Origin: Lama glama
Taxonomy: Eukaryota
Direction of reading: 5' to 3'
DNA: 64,000 nucleotides
NCBI GenBank assembly: GCA_028534125.1
Contig: CM052825.1
Span: forward strand, 434,001-498,000
Shown here: positions 35,789 to 46,500 of the stretch, in pieces
Layout: every line of letters begins with the position of its first letter
How positions within the stretch are numbered: position 1 is the first letter of the stretch
Translations under genes and position numbers: made by a program
The notes under the pieces: generated by a model
Database searches by the model: none
Seen by the model: the letters and a program-made list of their open reading frames with translations, nothing else
Told to the model about the DNA's origin: nothing

Positions 35789-36769
35789 GTAAGTACGGGC
35801 CCTGCCAGCGAGAAGTCAACCTGAGGGGCCCAGCAGTAGCCACCCTGTTAGAACCCCTAAACTTCTGAGAGAGAGCTTTCTCCTCGGTGAGTCCCTCGTG
35901 TTCTGTTTCAAAGGGCTGGTGGCTAAGCTGAGCGCACCAGCCTGGGGGCTGATGGTGGTGTCAGTGAAGTCCCCATTTAGGGGCATTTCAGTAGCTTTTG
36001 GGTTCTTCTGAGTTCTGACCTTCTCCACGTCTCCAGTTCTTGCCCTCCTGGTAGAACCCCTGCCTCCTCCTCTTCTCTTGACATGTCCTATCCGTGCTCC
36101 GTAAAACAGCACGAGAGAGACAGCTGTGCAGAATGAGCGCAGTGAGGGTAAACACGGCTTTGAGGGTTTTCTTCCTGTGTCCCCAGAGACCTGTTTGAAA
36201 ACCACTGCTCCACACAGGGTGCAGCAGGCAACTGAAACCTACTGACTTTCCCATTGAGAAATGGGTCCATCAGACCTTGAAGTCACACATACCCTCGTGG
36301 TTTTTAGTATCCAAAAAAGTAGTTTTCTGGCCTCTTGTAGTTTCATTTTAAGTTTAAAAAGGGAGTCACTGTATTTAAAGAGAAACATTTTTAGAACGAG
36401 AATAGAATATTTTAAAGATAGTTCAGTGGTTCAAAAGTTCCGGCCTGTTGATGAGGTGGACCAAAGTCATGCTGTTTTTTGGTAAGTTCCCACCTGGCCA
36501 GCCCCCTCCCCCATTCTCAGGAGAGTCCCTGGGGCCTGGGGCTGGGTCTTGTGGGTGTCCTCAGGGCCCGTGGTGGACAGCCAGAGGGAGGGACCGTCGT
36601 GTCCTAGGACGACTAGTACGAGCTTTCAGGAGTTTCCACTTGTGTTACTCGCTTACATGTTTTTAATGTATTACAGTTTTCTGCACTGGCTTGTTGGGCT
36701 GCTTTGGCACCAGTGTCCTGTCCGCCCTGCTTCCTGTTGACGGGCAAACTGGACTTCTTAACGCTTTTA

Positions 36770-36920
36770 AAATTATCGTCATTATTGAGATACAGTTCTC
36801 ATGACGTAAACGTCACCACTTTAAAGTGCACAGCTCAGCGGGCTTCCGTGCGTCACGCTGGACAGCAGTCCCTGCTGTCCAACTCTGGACATTTCTGTCA
36901 CTGGAAGCGGCAGCCCCGAG
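36770..36920 (-). mobile_element. L1M 3'-end fragment
   Basis: TATTGAGATACAGTTCTCATGACGTAAACGTCACCACTTTAAAGTGCACAGCTCAG is a typical antisense L1MB 3' end. Confidence 0.65.
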
Positions 36921-37342
36921 CCTGGCAGTGAGCAGACACTTGCACCCGCCCGGCAGCTGGCAGCTGTCCTGACGGTTGGGCCGGCCTCTGAAAGCCCACC
37001 TGCCGGTGGCTGGTGCCTGGCAGGTGCCTTGTTCTTAGTTGAAGACGTGACCCGAGCTCGTTCAGAGTCCCTGCTGCGTAGTAGCAGGTGGGGAACCCGT
37101 GGCGGAGTTTCCGGTCTGCAGTCAGTGCAAAGCGTGTCCTGCAGTGGCAGCTGCAGACTGTAATGCAGAACGTGGGGACGGTGAAGCCAGGAGTGGAGTT
37201 GGTCTGAGGGTAGGAGGGCCTTTGGGCAGGTTAGAAACTTGAGACCCTTCAGAGCGTTTCCGATGAACCCCTGGGGTGGGCAGTGGCGCTGCTTCCTCTG
37301 TGGTGGCGTCCGTGCTGAAACGGGTCTCGCCTCCTCTTGCAG

Positions 37343-37458
37343 GCGGCAGCATCTTGAGTACTCGCTGTTCGGAGACGTACGAGACCAGGACGGCGCTCAT
37401 CAGCCTGTTCGGCATCCCGCTCTGGTACCTGTCCCAGTCCCCCCGCGTTGTGATCCAG
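37343..37458 (+). CDS. SUN1: SUN1 SUN-domain exon (KASH lid): GSILSTRCSETYETRTALISLFGIPLWYLSQSPRVVIQ
   Basis: TTGCAG| acceptor, CAG|GTGAGC donor, 116 nt. Confidence 0.98.
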
Positions 37459-39325
37459 GTGAGCGGCCGGGTGGCGTGTGTCCTCAGCCAGCTGGGGAGC
37501 AAGACACACCCAGGGCGCACCTCCCAGGTGTGGGCTCGACAGCCTGGGAAGCAGCCCGGCACCCGCTCGACGCCGCCAGGTGTTCCTCATGTTGGAGCTT
37601 GGCGTCCTGTCTGGTGTGGGGCCTCCCCCGCCTTGTCTGCGGGTGCTCCCTGTCGGCTGCAGGGCGTGCTATGGCTTCGAGACCTGGTTGTGTGCTGTGG
37701 TTTTAAGGAAGTAGAATGGGGTAGGGGCACGGGTGGCGTCGCAAGAAGACCCCTCCCTTGGTGACCTGTGTTTGCCGAGCTCCTACCCGCCGTGTCTCCA
37801 GCGGGCCCTGCTGCTTTGGCCACCGCAGAGGGCAGGAGCACGGGGACTTCAGGGCTCAGATCCATTCACTTTACCCCAGTACTAAAACGCAGCCTTCTCT
37901 TAATGACGTGTTTTGAAGAAATTGCGGTCACTCTTTTTACGTGGAAGATCCACGTGGTCGCTGGCTCTCACGTGGCGAGCGCCAGCCCAGGCCAGAGGAT
38001 CTGTGACTAGGTGCAGCATTCAGTCAGTGTCGGTGCGCCTGGCGCTCCAGGGCCTCTGGTCCGGCCCCTGCCCCAGTGCCTGTCTTGTCCTTGGCGGCCC
38101 AGGCAGGGGTCCGCAGGGGGCACTGCGTGGCTCTCCCTCCATGGTCAGCACCGGGCAGACTGCGTGGCCTGGCGTCTGGAAGCACAGGTGGGTCAGCACG
38201 GCTGCTGGGCCACCTTCACACTGTGGCCTCAGCTACGCTAGTTGCACCCCTCGCCATGACCTAGGTCAGATGTCCCGAGAGTCCCCACGTCCCAGGATGT
38301 CCCTGCCTTGCAGACTGGGTCTGGAGATGAGGAAGGAGTTGGCCGCACTCTGGAGGGGGGGGGCGGGTGTGGGTGGGAGCGCGGGAGGTGGCCCTGCTCA
38401 GGGCCATGCAGACACCTGATAGGGGGATGCTGGGAACGAGGACCCCAACTGTCACAGGCTGAGTGACAGACGGGCTCCTAGCAGAGTCTGTGAAAAATCT
38501 AGGAGCGGCAGATGGAGGACCGGCCCCCTACAAGGGAGGCTCACGTGCAAGCTCTGTGGGCAGAGGGAGCTTGGCCACAGGGCTAGAGCCCTTTGCACAG
38601 AGGCCGCAGGTGGGTTCCTGGGCGGGGACCACCGGGACTGAGCCCGGGCGCCCCCCAGCTCTGTTCACATCCCTGCCCACCCGCCCCGGGCACTGGGGTC
38701 ACGCTACGGTCCCCCACAGCGGCCCCGCGGCCCATCTGACCAGGCCTTGGCACAGGCTCACAGCACCTCTGTTGCGGGTGGACATTCTGGTGGGGTGGGG
38801 AGCTCCTGCTGTGCCGTGTGCTCTGCCAGCATGGTGGGGGCCGGGGTCCCAGGCAGGGGCACAGGCCATTCTCCCGGTGTTGCTGGCTCTGGCTCCAAGG
38901 TGGGGGTTGAGTGTGGGAGTGTCCACAGCAGTGCCCGCAGGTGTCGCCAGGTTCGGGGCTCCCTGTCAGTCTGTCAGGTGGGTCTCTGCCAGTTGTGTTT
39001 TTCCTTGTTGCTTCACGAGGTGGAGCATCTTCCCTGTGTCGGAGGACCGCTCAGAGCTGTTTTTCTTTGAGGGGTATGTGTGGCACCTTGTTCTGTGAGG
39101 TCCCGGCCAATGCTCAGACAGCTCGCCTGGCCCTGTGGACAGTGGGTACCCTTTGGGATTAAGTCCCAGGTGCCTTTCGCAACTTTGTCTTCTGGTTTGC
39201 TTATGATGGTTTCTTGCCAGCAGAATTTCTTCTGTCTTTCTCTCAGTATTAACCGATTTTCCTATCACTGCTGCGTTTTGAGTGGTGAAGAGTTCAGCTA
39301 AGTGTGCGTGTCTGCTTTCCCCCAG

Positions 39326-39493
39326 CCTGACATCTACCCAGGGAACTGCTGGGCGTTCCGAGGCTCCCAGGGGTACCTTGTGGTGAGGCTGTCCATGCGG
39401 GTCCACCCGACCGCCTTCACCCTGGAGCACATCCCGAAGACCCTGTCGCCCACGGGCAACATCACCAGCGCCCCCAAGGACTTTGCGGTCTAC
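39326..39493 (+). CDS. SUN1: SUN1 SUN-domain exon: PDIYPGNCWAFRGSQG...SAPKDFAVY
   Basis: CCCCAG| acceptor, TAC|GTGAGT donor, 168 nt. Confidence 0.98.
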
Positions 39494-40611
39494 GTGAGTG
39501 CCTCGTCCCCGGCCCACGGGGAGCCCTGCCCGCTCTGGGAGGCTCCCCGAGACACACCCCGTGAGGGCCCGTGATGTGCGTGTGTGGCCTGTGCCGTCTC
39601 CCAGCCTCCCTGCCCTTAACGCTCTGAGGATCAGGTGACCGTGGAGACTTTCCCAGGAGATGACTTACGAACCTGCGTGGTTTCGAGCACAGCCCGACAG
39701 CCTGGAGGGCTCGGCCTCACCTCTTGCGTCTGATCGCTGTGAGGGCGATTCTGATGCAGCGTGAGGCCGAGTGGACCGGAAAGTGCGGGAGGGGAGCACA
39801 CCGGGACCCCGGCCCCGTGGATGCCACCGTTGATGCTGTGGCATTTCGCCTGAGGAGTGCACTTGGCCAACACTGTCTGTAAAACTTCATTTCCTGCCTT
39901 AAAAAAAAGAGCTTGCCGTGCACATTTCTCCCTGGCAATGAACTTCACTAATGTCAGGTGTGCAGACAGGTCGTCCTGACATCTGTCTACTAGAGGGGTC
40001 GCCGTCCATCACCGGACACTTGGCCCCTTCACCCGCTCCTCCCACATGGCAGCGGAAGGCACCGCTGTGTCACTGACCCTTGTGCACTTGGCCAGTCCTC
40101 CTGCTGCTGACACCTCGGCCCCACACTGCAGGACAAGTGCAGCGCCTTCACACCTTCAGCTCAGTCCTGAGGCTCGGCACTGAGGTGCTGTCGCTGTCCG
40201 CAGGGTAGCAAGGGCCACTGACCCCTGTGCCGCTGGCACCCCTACCTGCAGCTTCTTGTAGTTCCTTTGTGTCCTCTCTAACACCTCTGCTGACGGACGG
40301 ATGAAAAATCTCCTCTTACTCCATATTTCTTTGTGTCTTAATGCATGTTTCCTTTTTTTGTAGGTTCTAGTTTTGTTTCTATTCTTTTATCTTTTGGGCT
40401 CTTAGTTTCCTTATGAGTATTTGAGCTTTTAACGCAAGGATAGTAGTCAGGTGTAATGCTGCTACAGGCCCACCTCGCGTCAGGCTTCACTGTGCGTTTG
40501 CTCGCACCTGCTCACAGCCTGTCACTTCTCCCAAGGCACCTGTGTGCCTGGAGAGTCCTGTCCCATCAGGAGACAAGACATTCAGGTGGCACCTGTGTTT
40601 CCTGCTGTTAC

Positions 40612-40830
40612 TTGTTTATTGTGGTAAGACGCACGACATGAATACACCACCTTAACCATGTTGAGGTGTGCAGCTCGGACACGAAGCACGTTTACACTGC
40701 TGTGGCCATCACTGCCACCATCTCCAGGACCTTCCATCTTCCCAGACTGAGACTGTCCCGTTAAACGCTGACTCTCCCCGGTCCTGGCCCCTTCCCTCTA
40801 CCTTCTGTCTGTGTGAGTTGACCTTCTCTG
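40612..40830 (-). mobile_element. L1M 3'-end fragment
   Basis: TTTATTGTGGTAAGA...CACCATCTCCAGGACCTTCCATCTTCCCAGACTGAGACTGTCCCGTTAAAC matches an antisense L1MB 3'UTR. Confidence 0.7.
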
Positions 40831-41161
40831 GGCCCTGTATGCTGCTGACCTGCTCACTGGGGACCTGGTTCTCCAATTGGGAGCGGGAGGGCACAGGGGG
40901 CCACATGGGTGACGCGGTCTGCGCAGTCGGACAGTCACTTCTCCGCCACCTGCCCGTGGGCCCTCTTTCAGCCTCGGTGTTCCTCTGGTGTCCTGGGAGC
41001 AGCGGCGCCCACCTCGTGCACTTGGGGATGTGTCTGCACGGAGCCCTCGGCAGGATGTCCGGCGCCCCTGCTGCACCGGAGGGGCCCTTTCCCCACGTCC
41101 GCGGTCCCAGCTGGCTTGTGGGCGTGTCCCTGTACTTAGAGGCTGTGTGCTTTTGTTTCAG

Positions 41162-41254
41162 GGGTTAGAAAGTGAGTATCAAGAGGAGGGGCAGCTCCTG
41201 GGGCAGTTTACCTACGACCAAGACGGGGAGTCCCTGCAGACGTTCCCCACCCCG
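41162..41254 (+). CDS. SUN1: SUN1 SUN-domain exon: GLESEYQEEGQLLGQFTYDQDGESLQTFPTP
   Basis: TTTCAG| acceptor, CCG|GTAAGG donor, 93 nt. Confidence 0.98.
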
Positions 41255-41579
41255 GTAAGGACCTCGCACCGCCAGGACACGGTGAGGCTAACAGGACTTC
41301 CCACGCTGCCTGAGGCCCAGCCTCCAAGGACCTGGTCTGCGCTTCCTGGCCTCTCTGTTCCTGAAAGGGCCTCCGTAGTGTACATTGGGCTTTTATAGAA
41401 GTGTCAGACGTAGGGAGTCCTCGGCTTTCTGAGCTCTGTGTATGAAAGATGATGTAGCTCACGTTGAAAACCTTCACCTCCAGCTGGGCTGCTTGAGTCA
41501 GATGTCATAGCTGGGAGTGATTGGGCTTGGGGGTGTTAACGTGAAGTGAGTATGATTTTTTTCCCCACTTCGATTTCAG

Positions 41580-41693
41580 AAAAGACCTGAAGGAGCTTTC
41601 CAGATAGTGGAACTTCGGATTTTTTCTAATTGGGGCCATCCTGAATACACGTGTCTTTATCGGTTCAGAGTCCACGGAGAACCTATCAAGTAA
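41580..41693 (+). CDS. SUN1: SUN1 last coding exon: [37 protein letters not shown]
   Basis: TTTCAG| acceptor, TAA at 41691-41693; canonical SUN-domain C-terminus. Confidence 0.98.
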   Translation, partial: KRPEGAFQIVELRIFSNWGHPEYTCLYRFRVHGEPIK

Positions 41694-43321
41694 AGAGCAT
41701 GCCCGCGCTCGCACATCTGTATATACTGGGACGGCCTGGAACACTGGGACCCTCTGTGAATGCCGGCGCCGACAGCAGGACAGCGTTACCCTTCATTCAA
41801 TGCTGCCGGCTGCTGGCAGGGCACAGACATGGACGTGATCACTGCTCTGACCCCCCCGCTCCCTCTTCTGTCCACAGGAAACACTGCATGCTGCGTGCCG
41901 GGTGTGCGGGGGCCCGTCATTGCAGGTGACCTCTGGAAATTCATTTGAATGTATGGTTCACAAAGACACTTGCTTTTGGGGGGTGGGGGATTTGTTTGTG
42001 AACATAAAGCTCTTTATATTTGTATTTGCTTGACATCAGGAACAAAGCAGAAGTTAAGAGGTTGGAAGTGTTCTTGAAGCCGTGATGGCCTGGCCTTTCA
42101 CTGGCCCTTTACAAGGACTCCTGGGGCAGATGGCGTTTATCTGTTCAGCCCCGCACGTCTCTTTCAGGGAAGAACAAGGTCACCAAAGTTCAGAGCTCTG
42201 AGCCCCCTTCTTCTGGGGTGAGATTGCCCCCAGTTCAGCACCAGTAGTTATTTTAAGTCGCCAGGTGGGGAAATACAGAACCTGTGGGCTTCTGCTCAGT
42301 GTGCTCCTCCTGAGGAGGCTCTTCTGTCAGGACGTGGCCTGCCTTAACCAGCCAGGAATCCTGGAGCCCCGCCTGTTGCAGGCTGAAGTGGGTCTGCTCG
42401 GAAGGCGGCTGGCCTGGATCCAGACAAGCGCGTGAACAGATTCTCAGGTCTCCCCTGGGCTCATCCCGGCAGACTTCCCCTGCAGCTTTCACTTCACACT
42501 ATGAATAGGAACCAAGAAATTCTCTCTCCTGGATGTTTTCAGGTTCTGTTTTGAATTTTGCTGAAAAGCAAACACTAACATGATCTAAATCTTTCAGAGG
42601 CTTATGTTTTTATTCCACTGGTGTAACGTTATCAGAGGAGATTGTCCAGTGTGGCAAATTCATGAAACCACTCCATGTGGCGATTCCATCTTTCCAGCAG
42701 CACCTTGTCCTGGCGCTGGGTGGGGCTGGCCTTGGGTTGCTGCTACTGTGGTCCGCTCTCTAATTCCTGTGAGACATGTTTTGGTTATAATTAATATTTA
42801 ATACTTAGAATATTTTACTGAGCAGACTTTATAAATGAGATATCTGCAAGGCACTCAAAGTGTTACAGATGTTTTACCTTAAAAATTATTTAAGTTTTAC
42901 TGGGTTAAGAGTTTTTTGGTGTACCATACTTGTATTTTCAGAAAAAGATAAAAAGATGGTGCTGACTGGTTTTCTGAGGAGTTTTATGTATATTGCACAA
43001 CAGTCCTCAAAATACAGAAATACATAAAGTAGCATTTTTTTCACTCTTGTTAGATTTGGAACTCATGCCTATGCAGTTAAGTTGGGTAAAATGTACACAG
43101 ATGTTTCATATATTACAGGATAAATATATAAATTAAAATTTCCTATATAAAAAACTAAATTTGGGAGTTGGGGTGGAAATATTTTGAATATTAATTTATT
43201 TTTAAAGATGCAGGCTAGGACTTTGTGCGATGTATTTTTGTAAACGCTTTTCAAAATACTTGTCTTTGGTAGTGCTTCTTTTGCTGCCACCAAGTTGATT
43301 AAGATGCTATTGAAATGTTTA

Positions 43322-43375
43322 AATAAAGAGTTTTAATTTTTAAAAGCACATGTGACATTTCGAGTGAGTAATAAA
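43322..43375 (+). terminator. SUN1: SUN1 polyadenylation signals (AATAAA 43322-43327 and 43370-43375)
   Basis: End of an AT-rich ~1.65 kb 3'UTR, followed by a GT/T-rich element. Confidence 0.8.
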
Positions 43376-43404
43376 CAGTGTATTTTTTCCTCAGCTTGCC
43401 TTCT

Positions 43405-44960
43405 CTCTGCCCGTCGGGGGCGGGGCGACCCAGTCGCGGGGTCTCCGGGAGGCAGGTCCCCTCGGGCCAGGGCCGGGGTCGCCTCTTCCAGAAACTCCAG
43501 GGCGGCGGCGGGAGCGCGCCCCGCCCACCGCCGCGTGACGCACGGCCGCCCGCCCGCCGACCCCGACTTCGTCCGCGCGCCAGACCCGGAGCAGAGCGCG
43601 TCCCAGCCGACGCCCCCCGCGCCCCCGCCCGCGGACGTGTCTCCCCGCCTCTCGCAAGACCACCTGCGCGCGGACCGCGGCTGTTCGGTCCCGCACGCCG
43701 GGGCCGAGCGCCGCCCCTAGCACCGGGGTCCGGGAAGCTGCCCCCGGCTTCCCGCCGGCGGGCCCGCTGAGGGCTGGAAGCACGGCTTTTATGGAAGAGC
43801 CTAGTTTCAACGACCGCAGGCCCGGCTGCAGCGACAGTCGCAGTCGTCCTCCCGGGCGCGCCCCGGAACCGGAGCGGCAGCCTCCGCGCCGCCATTCTGG
43901 CCCTGGCCCCGCCCCGGCCCGATCCCGGCCCGGCCCGCAGTCACGTGGCCGTTCTCGGCCCCGCCCGGCCGTCGCCCGCAGGCCCTCCCCGAGGTCACGT
44001 GGGCCGAGGTCACGTGGGTGTCTAGCCCCGCCCCCGGCAACGCGCGGCTCCTCTCGGGCCACCGTAGAGGGCATCGGGCGGTCGCCGGGACGGAAGCCGA
44101 GAGGCGCTGCCGACCGCGCCTGCGACAGCGTCAGCCCTGCGCGGAGCGCCGGCCCGATGGCGGCGGCGGCGGCGATGGCCGAGCAGGAGAGCGCCCGGAA
44201 CGGCGCCCGCAATCGCGGCGGCGTCCAGCGCGTGGAGGGCAAGCTGCGCGCCAGCGTCGAGAAGGGCGACTACTACGAGGCGCACCAGATGTACCGGACC
44301 CTCTTCTTCAGGTACCGCCGCGCCGCGGCCGCCGCCTTCCAGGGCTTTCCGCCCGGCCGCCGAGCCCGGCGCCCCGCCCCTGGCCGCCTCCCATTGGCCG
44401 CGCCGCGCCGCCCCGCGCCCCCATTGGCCCGCGCCGCTGCCCGTCGCCGAGGCGGTCGGGGCCGGCGGCCGTGGGAGGGCTGCGGCACGGAGGGAGACCC
44501 CGACCCCAGACCCACCCCCGGGCCACCACTCTGGGCCCTGAGTCCTGACCCAGACCCGAGGCCCGGTCCCGACCCGAGCACCGGGCGCAGAGCCCCGGAC
44601 CCCGACCCAGAGCCCTGACCGAGACCCCAGGCTCCGGCTCCTGACCCCGGCCCCTGCCCGGGCCGACCGCCACCTCCCGGCGCGGCCACGGCGCCCTTGG
44701 GTTTGAAGCCCCCGCCCCGAGCCTCAGGGCCCTGCGTCCGGAATCGGCCGCGAGGCTGCGGACCTGGTCTCTCGCTGTGGTCGCCGTGCTCACCGCGTCG
44801 GTGTTTGTCACTACGCCCGCCGTTTCTGTAAACCCGGTGTTTGTGTTGTCGCTGCGCTGCCCGCTGGCCACGTGCGGCCGCCGAGCCCTCGAAATGCGGC
44901 GAGCCCCGCAGGGTGGCCGGGTGCGGGCGCGGCCCTCGGGGATCCTCCGGGTTTGTAGTG
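43405..44960 (+). promoter_or_regulatory. GET4: GET4 CpG-island promoter (three GTCACGTGG boxes, GC boxes, ETS CGGAAG, YY1-like CGCCATT)
   Basis: Dense CpG around the GET4 start codon; motifs read directly. Confidence 0.88.
44157..44311 (+). CDS. GET4: GET4 exon 1 (guided entry of tail-anchored proteins factor 4, TRC35): [16 protein letters not shown]...[16 protein letters not shown]
   Basis: Signature [13 protein letters not shown]; donor CAG|GTACCG; 155 nt. Confidence 0.98.
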
Positions 44961-45759
44961 ACGCTTGATGCACTGGGTTAAAGAAGCCGTGTTTTATCGT
45001 GGTTCTGGGGTTTTCAGAGCGCCTGGCCTGTTAGTTTTCTTTTGGGCTGCAGGGTATCACCACGCAGATTCTGCTGTAACTGCAAGCGTTTTTTGCGTGT
45101 GCGGGGCGCTCCTGTGGGTTAGGTACATGCCTTCGACCTTCACGTTTCCTGCCAGAAAACAGTTGGGCCGTTTGTTAGGATTTAAAGATGACTTTAGAGG
45201 ATTTAATCTGTTCTGTGGAGTGCTTTTTCTTTCTAAACTGCTGCGAAACAGTAAATGCTTCGCTATGATATTTAAGAGCAGTCAGGCCTGCCTTACACAA
45301 TGTAGACCTAGATTTGAAATTTTTCTTTAAATAGCAAGTTGAGTCAAGCTGGGATCTCTGGCAGCACTTTCTGCTTTGGTCACAGTCTGGTTTAGACACA
45401 GCCTTGTGCCCCAGACTGTGTTGGGACTCCGTGGCCCAGTACGGTGGGTTGACTCTTCTTCAAGCGACAAGCCAAAGACGTAGGGGGCTTCTCAAGTCTA
45501 ACGTGCAGCCTCCACCCGGCAGCTCAGCCAGTCAGCTGTGCGATGCCGAGCTTTGCAGCGCTCGAGATTTGCCCTGGCACTTGCTGGTCTTGGGGATTTG
45601 TTTATAAATATTTGCCCCAGTGATTAATCAGCAAGATTGGAGCTTCCCAAAATAAACACGGCCTCGGTTGCTCTGAGCCAGCTCTGTAGTCATGCTGGAC
45701 CACGAACGCGATCCTGGATCAGCTTTAAAGAGGTGAGTGCCTGCGCCCAGGTGCACTTG

Positions 45760-45905
45760 TGGTGATGTGGGCAGTGGTGAACCCCTGGCTCTCCACCCGC
45801 CTGGCCCGGACCTTGGTTTGCATTCGTCCTCTGCTCCATGGCCCAGGGCACCTGGTTGAACCTCTCTGAGCCTTGGCTTCCTCCTGGGTCATTTGGGGTG
45901 CACCC
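45760..45905. mobile_element. MIR fragment
   Basis: GGGCACCTGGTTGAACCTCTCTGAGCCTTGGCTTCCTCCTGGGTCATTTGGGG resembles the MIR core. Confidence 0.55.
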
Positions 45906-46144
45906 ACACCCCTTCAGGACTCTGAGAAGCAAGTGGCCTGCCGCAGGCCTCTTTGGGGATCACGGTGGACTGTCACGCCAGCAGTTGTGGCCTTCCGGGG
46001 GCCTCCCTGAAACGGCCTGGAGTTGTCGCTGTCCCTCCAGGGTCCTGGCCACGTTCAGACTGCAAGTGTAGCCCTGTCCAGAGCCCTGCACAGGTCGCAG
46101 CTCCCTGAGAAGTCAGCACCTCCAGCGTGGTACTTTGTTACACC

Positions 46145-46500
46145 TTTTTGTAGATGAAGGTGTGTTTTTAAGTGTTTACATAAAATGTACAATTCGATGA
46201 GTTTTGACATGTGTATCCACTGGAGAAATCATCACCAGTCAGGGTACTGAAAGTATCCACTGCCCTAAGGCTCTCGTCTGCCTTCGAGGGTGAGTCTTTC
46301 CCCCTTAACCCCCAAGCACACACTGACCTGTCACAGTAGGTGGGATTTTGTGTGTGGTGAGGCGTAACGTAGGCTCTTTTTACCTGACCGTTGGAATTCC
46401 CTCAGCGTGAGTATTTGGAAATTCACCCATGTGTGTATCATTTTTATTGCTGAGTGGTGTTCCGTTGTGTGGGCGGACCACAGTTTTTTCACCTATTGGT
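46145..46500 (-). mobile_element. L1M (MC/MD-like) 3'-end fragment
   Basis: AAATGTACAATTCGATGAGTTTTGACATGTGTATCCAC...TTTATTGCTGAGTGGTGTTCC are typical old L1 3'UTR motifs. Confidence 0.65.

Larger units (their letters stand above)
1300..43390 (+). other. SUN1: SUN1 gene span (Sad1/UNC84 domain protein 1, inner nuclear membrane LINC component); 21 coding exons, 2583 nt, ~860 aa
   Basis: Exons splice in phase from MDFSRLHTYAPPQCVPENTGYTYALS to the SUN-domain end [11 protein letters not shown]; all junctions GT-AG. Confidence 0.97.

Noticed and set aside
43299-44973. Antisense ORFs over the GET4 CpG island
   Set aside because: Compositional artefacts of very high GC.
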